A stretch of 64,000 bases of DNA from positions 1-64,000 of IMG/VR virus record IMGVR_UViG_3300014205_006828; one strand, written 5' to 3'. Numbering within the stretch: the first letter of the stretch is position 1; each line of letters starts with the position of its first letter. Below the pieces are notes generated by a model that ran no database searches, was not told where the DNA came from, and was given only the letters and a program-made list of their open reading frames with translations. Positions 8,994 through 18,539 of this stretch are shown here, one piece after another. The position numbers and the translations under genes were made by a program. The DNA is from a virus (taxonomy: Duplodnaviria > Heunggongvirae > Uroviricota > Caudoviricetes).

Positions 8994-9794
8994 TTACTGC
9001 CACAGTAAGCTTTCGAGTGTGGCTCCAGGATCTTGCTTTTGCGGCAATACTGATTCCATAGATCTTTGTGACTTCTGAGCAACTGGAGCATTCATATTGG
9101 CGCTTGGGCCTTGTCCCCTGATCTGATTCAAGATGGACATATCAGTAGTAACCGGCAAGAAATTATTTGTAGATTGGCGGCTCCACGCTGACGGTTCCCC
9201 CAATGCTGATGCGATTGAATCTACAGCCTTTTGTATTCCGTTGGCATGTACGCGCATCCGTTCGGCAAAGTCTGGAGCTACACCTTCATAGTAATTCGTG
9301 TACCACATTGCTCTTGAGAAAGCGTCTGTATCTCCGGTTCGTGCCGCGGCTTGAATCAATTCTGCACGGCCTGGTCCATTGATATTTGAACCCATTGCTC
9401 GATTGGCCTTGTTGGGGTCTGGCATTCTCTGTTTACCATTTGCTTTGAATAGATTTCTTACAACATCAGCAGCCCCTGCAATATCGTCAGGGTATGCTTT
9501 AAAATTAGTAATGTATTTTCCTTGAGCGCTGGAGTCTTGGTGAGAGAAGCTATTTCTCTTACTTCTGGTTTGCACAGCTCCCCAGTTATGAGATCCTGAA
9601 CCTTGTCCTTCTTTCCATCCTTTGCCGTAGTTCGATTCTAGGTCCGAGACTGCCATAACTATTTGTCGTTCAGCTGTAGTTGGGGCACGACCCATTACTT
9701 GTTGAAAGGCTTGATTGGCAATACCAGCAGCCCAGCGATGTAGATTCGCATGAGTAGCAGTTTTGTAAATAGAGGCAAATCGTAGTACTTGCAT
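8994..9794 (-). CDS. Hypothetical protein, possibly a glucosaminidase-like peptidoglycan hydrolase
   Basis: YGKGWKEGQGSGSHNWGAVQT ... FKAYPDDIAGAADVVRNL loosely resembles the GH73/FlgJ glucosaminidase core (GW ... NN.FGI ... F.AY.S..eS..DY). This is a weak call. Confidence 0.3.
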   Translation of the reverse strand: MQVLRFASIYKTATHANLHRWAAGIANQAFQQVMGRAPTTAERQIVMAVSDLESNYGKGWKEGQGSGSHNWGAVQTRSKRNSFSHQDSSAQGKYITNFKAYPDDIAGAADVVRNLFKANGKQRMPDPNKANRAMGSNINGPGRAELIQAAARTGDTDAFSRAMWYTNYYEGVAPDFAERMRVHANGIQKAVDSIASALGEPSAWSRQSTNNFLPVTTDMSILNQIRGQGPSANMNAPVAQKSQRSMESVLPQKQDPGATLESLLWQ

Positions 9795-10075
9795 ATACCA
9801 AATGCCTTAATAGTGGTTGAACTATCCGAAAATCCCAGATAGCTGGTAATATCAGGATATCGTGAACTACATATTGAGGATTATCCTTAATAGCTTGTCC
9901 CCCGCAATAAATGTTTTCAGCTGCATTCTCACAGCTAAAGCAAGGGGATTTCTTGTACGATCAGGTTAAAAGACAATATGGTAATTCAAACACTTCATGA
10001 AGATGGTTAGCTTATTTTGCAGAGTCAACATGACGTAGGTTGCTAAATTTCATTGGTCGAGAGGCTTCTGTAATC

Positions 10076-10085
10076 TGGTTATAAT
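10076..10085 (+). promoter_or_regulatory. Candidate sigma70 -10 element (TGgtTATAAT) for the 10130 gene
   Basis: TATAAT at 10080-10085 with an upstream TG. AGGAG RBS lies 7 nt before ATG 10130. Confidence 0.35.
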
Positions 10086-10129
10086 GGCAGCTCGACGCCC
10101 TATAAGTCGAGACTTACAGGAGTTTAGAT

Positions 10130-10459
10130 ATGGAACATGAAACTAAGTTTGATGAAGATACAAAGAAGCTAATTAAAGCATTCAGAGCTAAGATTGCTAA
10201 TGGACAATATACCAGCAGAACAACCCTATTGGCATATTCTTTCCTTAAGCGGCGTCCTTACGTTGCACTAGAAAATAAGATTAATGAGGATCATGAAAGC
10301 TTTGGAATTGGTAGGGATACATTCCTAACAGATCTGGCATATGATGTTGGAAGGGAGATCTTCCGCATTTCAGGTGCAGAGATGCAACATAAAATCCATA
10401 TGTGGATTATGGAAAAGTACGAACCAGCCGCTGCGATTGCAGAAGATAAAGCGGCATAG
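10130..10459 (+). CDS. Hypothetical protein
   Basis: 109-aa ORF with RBS. Confidence 0.45.
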   Translation: MEHETKFDEDTKKLIKAFRAKIANGQYTSRTTLLAYSFLKRRPYVALENKINEDHESFGIGRDTFLTDLAYDVGREIFRISGAEMQHKIHMWIMEKYEPAAAIAEDKAA

Positions 10460-10533
10460 AGAACCAGATATGTTAATCAAGTTACAGCCATCGCCTTTAA
10501 CCCGGCCCCCAAACCAAACGGCTGTGTTCTCGA

Positions 10534-10562
10534 TTGCCATTGGATTGCAAGAGTGATATAAT
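10534..10562 (+). promoter_or_regulatory. Sigma70-type promoter with extended -10. -35 TTGCCA (10534-10539), 17-nt spacer, TGaTATAAT (10554-10562)
   Basis: Textbook spacing and sequence. It sits upstream of the tRNA at 10630. Confidence 0.6.
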
Positions 10563-10629
10563 GTGTGGCACGCTGGTAGTTCAGAGGCCTTGAGCGGGTG
10601 CGCAAGCTAACCAGATTCGAACCATTAAT

Positions 10630-10703
10630 AGGCTTCTAGCTCAATTGGTCAGAGCTCCCGACTCATAATCGGGCGGTTCTCGGTTCGAACCCGGGGAGGC
10701 CTA
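10630..10703 (+). tRNA. tRNA with anticodon CAT (Met or lysidine-Ile)
   Basis: Acceptor AGGCTTC/GAGGCCT, D-stem GCTC/GAGC, anticodon stem CCCGA/TCGGG with loop CTCATAA, T-arm CTCGG-TTCGAAC-CCGGG. Confidence 0.75.
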
Positions 10704-10795
10704 CGAAATACCATGAGTACAGATTGGCACATCCACTGCAGAACTTGCAACGCCACTCATTCCTTCGATGACGCCAATCACGAAGAAGAACTGAT

Positions 10796-11008
10796 GTGGC
10801 TCCTGATAGACCACGCCCGGCTATAGCTGCATTAGTCCATTTGATTGAGGCGGATCAAGCCAGAGATATTCAATTCAAGGCTAATCGTTATGGGGATATC
10901 GACCCTAAGTGGTTTGCGAATCACCTAGGACCCGACCTAGTTCCCATCAGTGAGTACAAAGACTTCAGTGTCCGGGAGGCTTCTCAACGGGTATTGAGCA
11001 CGCTTTGA
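10796..11008 (+). CDS. Hypothetical small protein
   Basis: 70-aa ORF. Confidence 0.3.
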   Translation: MAPDRPRPAIAALVHLIEADQARDIQFKANRYGDIDPKWFANHLGPDLVPISEYKDFSVREASQRVLSTL

Positions 11009-11228
11009 CTTGGTGTTGACCCCGGAGTGCATCCAGTGGTAGTATGAAGGACCTTACTTGGTGTAGGGTACTCAAACAGGGTACTCAAACACTATGGGAG
11101 TGATCGATCCACCAAAGCACGAAGGTTGTATCGAGGGGAAGATGGGTTTCGCATGTAATTGACAAACTATCATATAACAACAATTAATTGACAAACTATC
11201 ATATAACAACAATTGTCGGGGTGTTGGA

Positions 11229-11717
11229 ATGGCAGACAACGTGGGCTTAAAACCCATTGGTAGCAATACCGTGAGAGTTCAAGTCTCTCCCTCGACACAA
11301 ATTAGTTTTCGATTTTTGCAAGCCGTCACGAATCCGATCACAGATGATCATGTGACGGTTGGTGTGCTTCATTGGGATGGACAACATCTTAAATTTGCAC
11401 ATGACAGCAGCAAATTATCGAATAACAAAACATTAGTGTTGGCACTTGAAGCGATTCAAAAACAAGTAGATAACTCTAGCCCAAATCCTTCTGAGCCTAA
11501 CCTGAAAAAAGTATTTGAGGTTGCTGAAGGGGACGGTTCTATTCTGAAATGGTCGGATGTTCGTTGTGGGCTAGCCTCGAATTCTGAACAGAATTTTAAA
11601 GACTTGGTAACTATAACTGGGCTCAACGACGATCATCAGGATATCGAACTTGATAATGGTGGTAGGTTAACTTGGTGCGAAAGATGCCAATCATATTGGC
11701 AATGCGGATGCGAATAA
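11229..11717 (+). CDS. Hypothetical protein
   Basis: 162-aa ORF, C-terminal Cys cluster (CERCQSYWQCGCE). Confidence 0.4.
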   Translation: MADNVGLKPIGSNTVRVQVSPSTQISFRFLQAVTNPITDDHVTVGVLHWDGQHLKFAHDSSKLSNNKTLVLALEAIQKQVDNSSPNPSEPNLKKVFEVAEGDGSILKWSDVRCGLASNSEQNFKDLVTITGLNDDHQDIELDNGGRLTWCERCQSYWQCGCE

Positions 11718-11721
11718 AACC

Positions 11722-12693
11722 ATGCCCAAAAAGATAATTGTTATCACTAAGAAAACCTCATATTCCAAGTATATTCAAGACCAGGATGATGAAGGATCTA
11801 GAGAGCTGTTGCGCACCCAAAACCCAGCTGTTGCGTTCTGGCAATCCTCACACAATAGCCACATGAGAACCCTCAATCGCGTTGTTGAGGAGATTCAAAA
11901 GCAGAACATAGTCTGTACGGTTATTGATTCTAAGTCATTTGTAGTCGATCCTGATGATGTGGCAATGGTAATTTCTGTTGGCGGAGATGGTACTCTTCTC
12001 TCAGCCTCACACAGCGTAAATGGCACACTACCAATCCTGGGAGTGAACTCCGATCCAGAAACTAGCATTGGCTTCTTCTGCTACTCCACCGCAGATACAT
12101 TCCTCAAACATCTATTATTAGCCTTAGATAGTATGTGTATTGAGACAGAATTAACTCGGATGAGTGTGCGAAAAAATGGCAAATTCGTAGCTAATAGAAT
12201 ACTTAACGACGTTCTATTCTGTCATACAAATCCAGCCGCCACCTCGAACTACATCATTCAACTCATGAACCATAGTACGCGCACAATGGCTGCCGTACAG
12301 TGTGGAACTGAAACGAAGCTGACGGCCGATAAAGTACTTCCTCTCTCGACTCAAGAAACGCAGCGATCCAGTGGTATTTGGGTAGGGCCTGCGGCAGGGA
12401 GTACGGCTGCCAGGCGTTCAGCTGGTGCGAGCCCAATGAATCTATCATCTAAAGACTTGCAATTAAGGGTAAGAGAGTTGTACTATAGGCCATCCTCTCA
12501 GCCTGGTCGTATTGAATTGACCGCAGCCCCAGGGCAATTCATTAAGGTTATTAGCAAAATGGATAGTGCTGCTATGTATCTTGATGGTGACTATAGTGTT
12601 ATTCCGGTTGGTCTGGGAGATGAGATTAACTTTGAAATGTCAGATGAATCTCTACATCTCTTAGGTAAACCAAATGTACTTTGTGGGAAATAA
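11722..12693 (+). CDS. nadK: NAD+ kinase (NadK/PpnK family)
   Basis: VISVGGDGTLLSASH is the GGDGT signature of NAD kinases. It is followed by NDVLF in the expected position. Confidence 0.65.
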   Translation: MPKKIIVITKKTSYSKYIQDQDDEGSRELLRTQNPAVAFWQSSHNSHMRTLNRVVEEIQKQNIVCTVIDSKSFVVDPDDVAMVISVGGDGTLLSASHSVNGTLPILGVNSDPETSIGFFCYSTADTFLKHLLLALDSMCIETELTRMSVRKNGKFVANRILNDVLFCHTNPAATSNYIIQLMNHSTRTMAAVQCGTETKLTADKVLPLSTQETQRSSGIWVGPAAGSTAARRSAGASPMNLSSKDLQLRVRELYYRPSSQPGRIELTAAPGQFIKVISKMDSAAMYLDGDYSVIPVGLGDEINFEMSDESLHLLGKPNVLCGK

Positions 12694-13066
12694 ATCATTC
12701 GAAAAGATGTCTGATGCAATGGCGTGTTGTAGCTCAGGCTCATCTGATGCTGTTGTAACTGACGAAGATGGAATTGTCCTAATGAGGCATGAGGAAGTTC
12801 CCATCGACGATATATATGGATTAATGGTTGCTCAGACCTTTTTAAAAGTACAATGCTTAAATGGATTTTCCGAGTCTTAGATAAACGTGCTACCAAACTA
12901 CACGATGAACGCATTCTAAAACGAGATGGGTGTGTTCTATACTGTAGAAATTGTCGGTCGATACTCAATGGACGTGGTGATGAAGATCATCACGGCATTT
13001 ACATAGCTGAATGTCAATGCGGGAAAGTGAGTGGGTTCTTACTGGATACACCAGTCCCGATACTGG

Positions 13067-13333
13067 TTAGGTATACATAATTACTTTTTTTATGAAAAGA
13101 ATCATGGCATTTTTACACAACGTAATTCCGACAAAATTCTCTAAATCATTTTCGTCGCAACGGATCCTAACTAAATTCACAATATCCATAAATGAACGTT
13201 TGTGATGATGTACAACGAGGCTCTTTCTAGAACCACACCACTGGCATATAAATCCATCTCTCCTCATAATTGGATAAACAAAATGTTCATTTATTCTTCC
13301 TCGTGCTAATTTCCAGACAAACCACCTTTCCAA
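13067..13333 (-). CDS. Putative small HNH-like endonuclease (degenerate motif)
   Basis: CQWCGSRKSLVVHHHKRS...NDLENFVGITLCKNAM. It has CxxC, HH and N...N...LC, but the final His is replaced. Confidence 0.35.
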   Translation of the reverse strand: MERWFVWKLARGRINEHFVYPIMRRDGFICQWCGSRKSLVVHHHKRSFMDIVNLVRIRCDENDLENFVGITLCKNAMILFIKKVIMYT

Positions 13334-13342
13334 TTATGGTTA

Positions 13343-13609
13343 TTAGAACCCTCGAAGTGCTTCTTGTTTTGTTCTACGATTAATACCACACTGACCTAAC
13401 CCTGTTAGTACTGTTGTAGCATCCACTCCAAGAAGTCTACCAATTTCTGGTAATGACATCTTTTTTGTTACATACAAATTAAACATATAATCATAATTAC
13501 GTACCAACTTCCGTGGATTATCATCATCCAAAGATACAATAGCCTTACTGCTAGAACTTTCAGAGCCGGAACGAATACGCGAAAACCTCTCTATACTATG
13601 CGATTTCAA
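13343..13609 (-). CDS. Hypothetical HTH-containing protein, possibly the N-terminal part of a split homing-endonuclease-like gene
   Basis: LPEIGRLLGVDATTVLTGL looks like a helix-turn-helix. It lies immediately upstream of the HNH-like ORF in the same orientation. Confidence 0.35.
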   Translation of the reverse strand: MKSHSIERFSRIRSGSESSSSKAIVSLDDDNPRKLVRNYDYMFNLYVTKKMSLPEIGRLLGVDATTVLTGLGQCGINRRTKQEALRGF

Positions 13610-13736
13610 TAAATATTGGACACCAGATTTAGAGTAACCAGTTAATTCTGCAGTTTTCTAATACTCTTTACATCCATATATATCTATTAATTCTTCTACA
13701 GTAGATTTTATATTTAGATGCGAGATTATTAGTTCC

Positions 13737-14228
13737 ATGTCCACAAGATTGATGAAAATGATTATATCAGGAACAGGTCATCGCCCATCTAAAATAGGTG
13801 GATTTATTATCCCAAACAAGACCTTCAACTATATCTGCAGAACAGCAGAAGAGATATTGATACGAGAAAGCCCCTCCAAGATCATTACTGGTATGGCTCT
13901 TGGTTGGGATACTTGGCTCGCTCAAATATCCTACAAACTAAAAATTCCATTCATTGCCGCCGTTCCTTTTACAGGTCAAGAATCTGTGTGGCCAGCGCAA
14001 TCACAAAAACTATATCGTGAATTATTAGAGTTGGCTGATGAAGTTGTGATTGTGAGTGATGGGATATATAGCTCACGCAAAATGCAACTACGCAACGAAT
14101 GGATGGTCAACCATTCTGATAAGGTGCTGGCAGTTTGGGATGGCTCAAATGGTGGTACTGGTAATTGCGTTAGGTATGCTGAAAGTGTAAGCAAAGAAAT
14201 CATAAGGATAGATCCCTGGCATGACTGA
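13737..14228 (+). CDS. SLOG-family YpsA-like protein (DUF1273)
   Basis: MIISGTGHRP...ITGMALGWDTWLAQISYKLKIPFIAAVPFTGQESVWPAQSQKLYRELLELADE matches the B. subtilis YpsA pattern VLAITGYKP...ISGQLGVELWAAEAAY...VAVITPFYEQEKNW. Confidence 0.55.
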   Translation: MSTRLMKMIISGTGHRPSKIGGFIIPNKTFNYICRTAEEILIRESPSKIITGMALGWDTWLAQISYKLKIPFIAAVPFTGQESVWPAQSQKLYRELLELADEVVIVSDGIYSSRKMQLRNEWMVNHSDKVLAVWDGSNGGTGNCVRYAESVSKEIIRIDPWHD

Positions 14229-14472
14229 TAAAATTCCAATACCAAGTTCTGCTCAAAAAGCATTACTTAGTAAATATTCTAGCCGACTAAATAAGATACA
14301 TCTAATAATAGGATGGACATATTTCAACAATTGGTATATTGATTGGAAGTGGGCTGGAGAACCTTATAGGTCGAGAATGTTGTTTAGATTCTGCCTAGAT
14401 GGCAATTGGGTTCAGGCCGAATCTTTCGAAGAAGATTTGCTGCCTACATACAAATTCGGAAAAGATAGGTAG
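14221..14472 (+). CDS. Hypothetical small protein
   Basis: 83-aa ORF. Confidence 0.3.
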   Translation: MTDKIPIPSSAQKALLSKYSSRLNKIHLIIGWTYFNNWYIDWKWAGEPYRSRMLFRFCLDGNWVQAESFEEDLLPTYKFGKDR

Positions 14473-14491
14473 ATAATTCAGGGAGACAACC

Positions 14492-15520
14492 ATGCCTAGA
14501 AAGTTTTGGACCTCTTATAACGCCTTGGTAGCCAATTACTCGGCTAACCAGAACGTAACTCAATTCACATATCCAGCTGGATTCTGGACTGAAGGTACAT
14601 TGATTACTGCAGCTCCATCTGGGACCAACTTGATTGCTATGTCCATAGGGGCGGCAACGATTGGTAATGCTCGATGCCTGAAAACATCTTATGGTGGTAA
14701 TGCTGTTGTCCCTATCACATGTACTAACGGAGTTTGGAGTGCTGGCTCATCTGTTACATTAGCTGCAGCAGGTAGTCCTTCACACCTAGGTATCTCATTG
14801 GATGGGGTCCATGGAATTGTTGCATGTGATAACACCTCTACGGTAGGTGCAGTTAAGTTCAATACATTGACTGGATTATGGACATCAAATGGCTATGTGA
14901 GCTTGACAGAATCCAATCTGACAAATATCGCTATCACCCCTGATGGTCTTCGTGGTATCTGTGTTCCCAAAACAAGTGGTTTTGCTTATCCTTTATTTCG
15001 TGACCCAGGCACAGATGTGTGGTCTGTAGGCCCAAGGATTAACCTGGGGAGTAGCTCCACGCGTTTCTTCAGTATTTCGATGGACCCAACTGGGACTGTT
15101 TGCTTGATTGGGAGCAACACTGCTGGGGTAAATGCAGACGTACTTCACTGGGACGGTTCTGTTTGGACCAGATCTGATGTCACTCAAGTGTTCGCTGCAT
15201 CACGTTGGTTATCCGACGGTACTTCAGTACTAACTGTCAGTGGGGGTATCTCGACGCATGAGTTAAAAGTGTTGAACTATGACCCAGGAACTAAAACATT
15301 CAGTCTGAGTCAAACAATAGTCGTTGCTGGAATTACTGGGCAACTTTGGGGGATTTCTGTTCCCGAGTTAGGTAGACAAGATATAGCAATCGCTGTAGCT
15401 TCGGGTAGTAACGTGCTAGTCCCTTTCTCACGCGTTGCTGGTAGCTGGTCAGCAGGTACGCTTATCTCTTCCGTCAATTTCAATACTCCAATGGCAAGTG
15501 TAATTATGCCCTTACTTTGA
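14492..15520 (+). CDS. Hypothetical Gly/Ser/Thr-rich beta-repeat protein, possibly beta-propeller or structural
   Basis: Repeated ~40-aa units with D/PxGxxG.v motifs (ISLDGVHGIVACDN, ITPDGLRGICVPK, ISMDPTGTVCLIGSN, LSDGTSVLTVSGG). Confidence 0.4.
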   Translation: MPRKFWTSYNALVANYSANQNVTQFTYPAGFWTEGTLITAAPSGTNLIAMSIGAATIGNARCLKTSYGGNAVVPITCTNGVWSAGSSVTLAAAGSPSHLGISLDGVHGIVACDNTSTVGAVKFNTLTGLWTSNGYVSLTESNLTNIAITPDGLRGICVPKTSGFAYPLFRDPGTDVWSVGPRINLGSSSTRFFSISMDPTGTVCLIGSNTAGVNADVLHWDGSVWTRSDVTQVFAASRWLSDGTSVLTVSGGISTHELKVLNYDPGTKTFSLSQTIVVAGITGQLWGISVPELGRQDIAIAVASGSNVLVPFSRVAGSWSAGTLISSVNFNTPMASVIMPLL

Positions 15521-15566
15521 GGTATCATCTCAGAGACGGTGTGGAGAATATGTTAGTATTCCCAAT

Positions 15567-16340
15567 TTGGTGAGTATGTTTAATATAGTTGGTATCTCTA
15601 CTTGTAAGGGCCGCCTAAACCACATACAACGAACAGCTACGGCTTTTATTGAATCCACTCCCAATGACGTTGGATATTTAGTGGTTGATTATGAATGCCC
15701 GGAACACACTGGAGAATGGGTTCGGAAGAATCTAGATCCTAGCAGGGCTGAAGCGTTGGTGATGAGGGCAAAGCCAGGTGTTTTCCATAAAACTATTGCA
15801 CTAAATGCCGGATCTAAATACGCAATCAGTAAAATGTGTGCTGAATACCTGCTGTACTTCGATGCTGATACTATCATTCGCCCTGGTTTCATCAACCAAA
15901 TATCTCCATTGCTTCGAAAGGATCGGTTCATTATTGCGGAACCAACTGGCGAAGAAGATCTCACTGGCTTACTTGTCATTCACAAGAGCATTTTCACGGT
16001 ATCTGGTGGATTTGAGGAATCGTTCAGAAGCTGGGGCGCAGAGGATTTGGAGTTTCGACTTAGGTTATTCGCTAAACATCATTGCCAGTTTGATGTTATT
16101 AGTTGCGAAAACCTAGTCCCAATTCACCATGATAATAATCTCCGAGTCAAATTCTACACGGACAAGGATATTGATTTCAGCAACAAACGTAATTTTCATC
16201 GTTTGTTGCAAATGTACCAGGCATATACTGGAAATAGTCTTACGCTAAAAGGATTGAATGATAGTAAACTTCCGGATAAGGATGCTCTTTTTAAATTACT
16301 ATCACTTCATCCGAGAATAGCTTCCAAGGACATAGAATGA
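15567..16340 (+). CDS. Glycosyltransferase (GT2/GT7-like, beta-1,4-galactosyltransferase-type fold)
   Basis: DxD motif in YLLYFDADTIIRPGF, and GGFEESFRSWGAEDLEFRLRL resembling the WGGEDDD region. Confidence 0.55.
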   Translation: MVSMFNIVGISTCKGRLNHIQRTATAFIESTPNDVGYLVVDYECPEHTGEWVRKNLDPSRAEALVMRAKPGVFHKTIALNAGSKYAISKMCAEYLLYFDADTIIRPGFINQISPLLRKDRFIIAEPTGEEDLTGLLVIHKSIFTVSGGFEESFRSWGAEDLEFRLRLFAKHHCQFDVISCENLVPIHHDNNLRVKFYTDKDIDFSNKRNFHRLLQMYQAYTGNSLTLKGLNDSKLPDKDALFKLLSLHPRIASKDIE

Positions 16341-16752
16341 TTTGGCGCATATGGGCAAAAGCAATAGGCCAAAAAGACGGCAAGAGCGACAGAGAAGCTG
16401 ATATAATTGCGCTTATCAGAACGTTCTTTGTTCTCCTTGCAATAATTACCAACATAGCGATTATAGCTGGTATTATAAGACACTGGCAATCTGATTAGTT
16501 CTGTAGATATGAGCCTCAGCGGTGGGCGGATATCTACATTGTTGTGAAGGTCTCTATCAATACTGATTTTGAAGAAATTGGATGGATGCCTCATAAAGCA
16601 TTAATTCAATTACCAAAGAAAGATTTTGGGTTTGGTGAGAAGTTCGCTTGTGACATCTCTCAGCTCAAGAAGCCCGAACTACTAAAAGCATTGATGAAGT
16701 AATATATGTCTCGCTTACGCCAATTACTATCGATGGCCGCAAGTTCCGATGG

Positions 16753-17067
16753 ATGTTACGCGGGAAGAATAGATATGGCGGTTCCCCGATTTGCGTTACC
16801 ATTTCCATTCAAGAGGATTTGGAGAAGCCGGGATCAACTCTTCAGTGCATGCTATTAGCCACTGAAGTTATCACAAAAGAGACGTACCGATTTGATGAGT
16901 ATGAGACTTGTGATGGTTCCATATTCCCATCAGACATCGAGAAGATCATTCGGGCAGGGCTTGCTCGCGGATGGAACTCTGCTGAGGGCCACGGCACCTT
17001 TCATCCAGGCAACGTGAAACTTGAACAATATACTATGACAGAAAAAGAACCTGATAAGCACTCATGA
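16753..17067 (+). CDS. Hypothetical protein. It is followed in the same frame, after a single TGA, by a further 69 codons open to TGA 17275-17277
   Basis: 104-aa ORF. See the finding on the in-frame TGA. Confidence 0.4.
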   Translation: MLRGKNRYGGSPICVTISIQEDLEKPGSTLQCMLLATEVITKETYRFDEYETCDGSIFPSDIEKIIRAGLARGWNSAEGHGTFHPGNVKLEQYTMTEKEPDKHS

Positions 17068-17263
17068 ACTACATACAGCATAATCAACGAGGATGGCGCG
17101 CTGGGTGTTATTACTGCAGTGCGCAAAATCGGAACTTATAAAGTCTGCTCTGGCGTTCATGTTTCCAATGACGTAGCGCCGAAGGGTTCTGATTGGGAAA
17201 GTAAGAATCCACAGATCATCGGTTGTGTCGATGATGCCAAGGCCTTTGCAGAAAGTCTGAAAA

Positions 17264-18475
17264 ATGAACAGGATTGATAGGGTCAAAGAAACATTTCCAG
17301 ACCATTACGAGGCTGCGCTGAAGGTTGAAGACCCAAGTGGTAAGAAACACAAGTACCTCTTATGGATCGCAAACCAACTGGCAAGCGGGCATAACTCTCC
17401 AGACATTTCCCAAACACTCAAGTTCTTCGATGATAATCCTGACAAGTTCATCGTTAAGGATATTCATAAATACAAGGACTTGAAGGATCTTGAAGATCTG
17501 GTCAAGGGCTTTGGTCTTTCAAATCGGCAAGCCAAAGCTCAGGACAAAGATGGTTCTGATAAGATCTATGAAGATGATCACTTGATGGTTATCCGAATAG
17601 ATGACAAACCGGCAATGGTTCTCTATGGAGCAAACACCCGCTGGTGTACGACCATGAAGGATCATCCCTACTATGAAGATTACGTTTCTCAAGGTAATGA
17701 CTTCTACATAGTAATCAGGAAAGATCAGAATTCACTGGCTTCTTCGAAATATGCTATTGTGAGAAATGGCTTGCTTGGGTTCAGCGTGTACGATGCTCAG
17801 GACAACTTAGCCAGGTCATTCTCCGAAGCGGAAGAAGACCGGCTTCGAGATGCTATAAAAGTTATCATCTCTGATCGGCCACCGAAGAACTATCTGCGCA
17901 TGGTTGTTAGCGGAAAGATCCCTGGGCCAGAAGCTGCTGAATGGCTGAAGCAACAGACAAATGTGACGCAAGATTACGTAGAAACAAAGCGTCCTGATTT
18001 GAAGTTTGTCTATCGCTCTGTTGAGGAGCTGATCCCGATATTCCATAACCAGTGGAACAGAAAGTATCTCGGATCAATTGGCTATGAAAGACTTGTAGCC
18101 ATGGTCGAAAAGCTGAAAGACCTGAAAGATAAAGAGAACATTACTCTAAAGCTAGAGGTCTTGAAACTTCTCAAGGAAGAAGAAGACCGATTACTGTTGG
18201 CCAAGGACAGTAGTCCGCAGGTGCGCGCCAAGGTTGTAGAAGGTGTAGGGCCTGCAAAAGCTAAGGAGTTCTTTGCGGACAATGCACTTGCTGTGTTTAG
18301 AGTTGCGGCACGTAAGGTTGATGTGCAGTTCTTGCTTGACTTCGCCGCTAAGTCCAAGTCTTCCAGAAAGAAGAAGGTGGTCAACGAAGTAATTGCCGAG
18401 AGAATCTCCCAAGAGAAGGTTCGTGAGTTCGTATTGAATCAACCACCAGAAGTGCTCAGGGAACTGATGGTTTGA
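17264..18475 (+). CDS. Hypothetical protein with a C-terminal HEAT/armadillo-like helical repeat region
   Basis: 403 aa. The C-terminal LLAKDSSPQVRAKVVEGV...ALAVFRVAARKVDVQFLLDFAA looks like HEAT repeats. Confidence 0.4.
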   Translation: MNRIDRVKETFPDHYEAALKVEDPSGKKHKYLLWIANQLASGHNSPDISQTLKFFDDNPDKFIVKDIHKYKDLKDLEDLVKGFGLSNRQAKAQDKDGSDKIYEDDHLMVIRIDDKPAMVLYGANTRWCTTMKDHPYYEDYVSQGNDFYIVIRKDQNSLASSKYAIVRNGLLGFSVYDAQDNLARSFSEAEEDRLRDAIKVIISDRPPKNYLRMVVSGKIPGPEAAEWLKQQTNVTQDYVETKRPDLKFVYRSVEELIPIFHNQWNRKYLGSIGYERLVAMVEKLKDLKDKENITLKLEVLKLLKEEEDRLLLAKDSSPQVRAKVVEGVGPAKAKEFFADNALAVFRVAARKVDVQFLLDFAAKSKSSRKKKVVNEVIAERISQEKVREFVLNQPPEVLRELMV

Positions 18476-18539
18476 GCGAACGTTCGGTTCACCATGTTCG
18501 TTGACTTCACAATAGCATCTCTGGTATAAGCACCGCACA

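Noticed and set aside
8631-9008. ORF with a KKKKKK run (aag)6 and the overlapping minus-strand ORF 8711-8965
   Set aside because: It shows mutually overlapping low-complexity translations in an AT-rich intergenic region between convergent/divergent genes, with no RBS. This is probably non-coding (promoter/terminator space).
10565-10629. Second tRNA upstream of tRNA(CAT)
   Set aside because: It contains T-loop-like and D-loop-like strings but no acceptor/anticodon pairing could be made on either strand. It is not reported as a gene.
17062-17286. 74-aa minus-strand ORF
   Set aside because: It is antisense to the protein-like plus-strand frame that continues from 16753 and overlaps the start of 17264-18475. 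No support.
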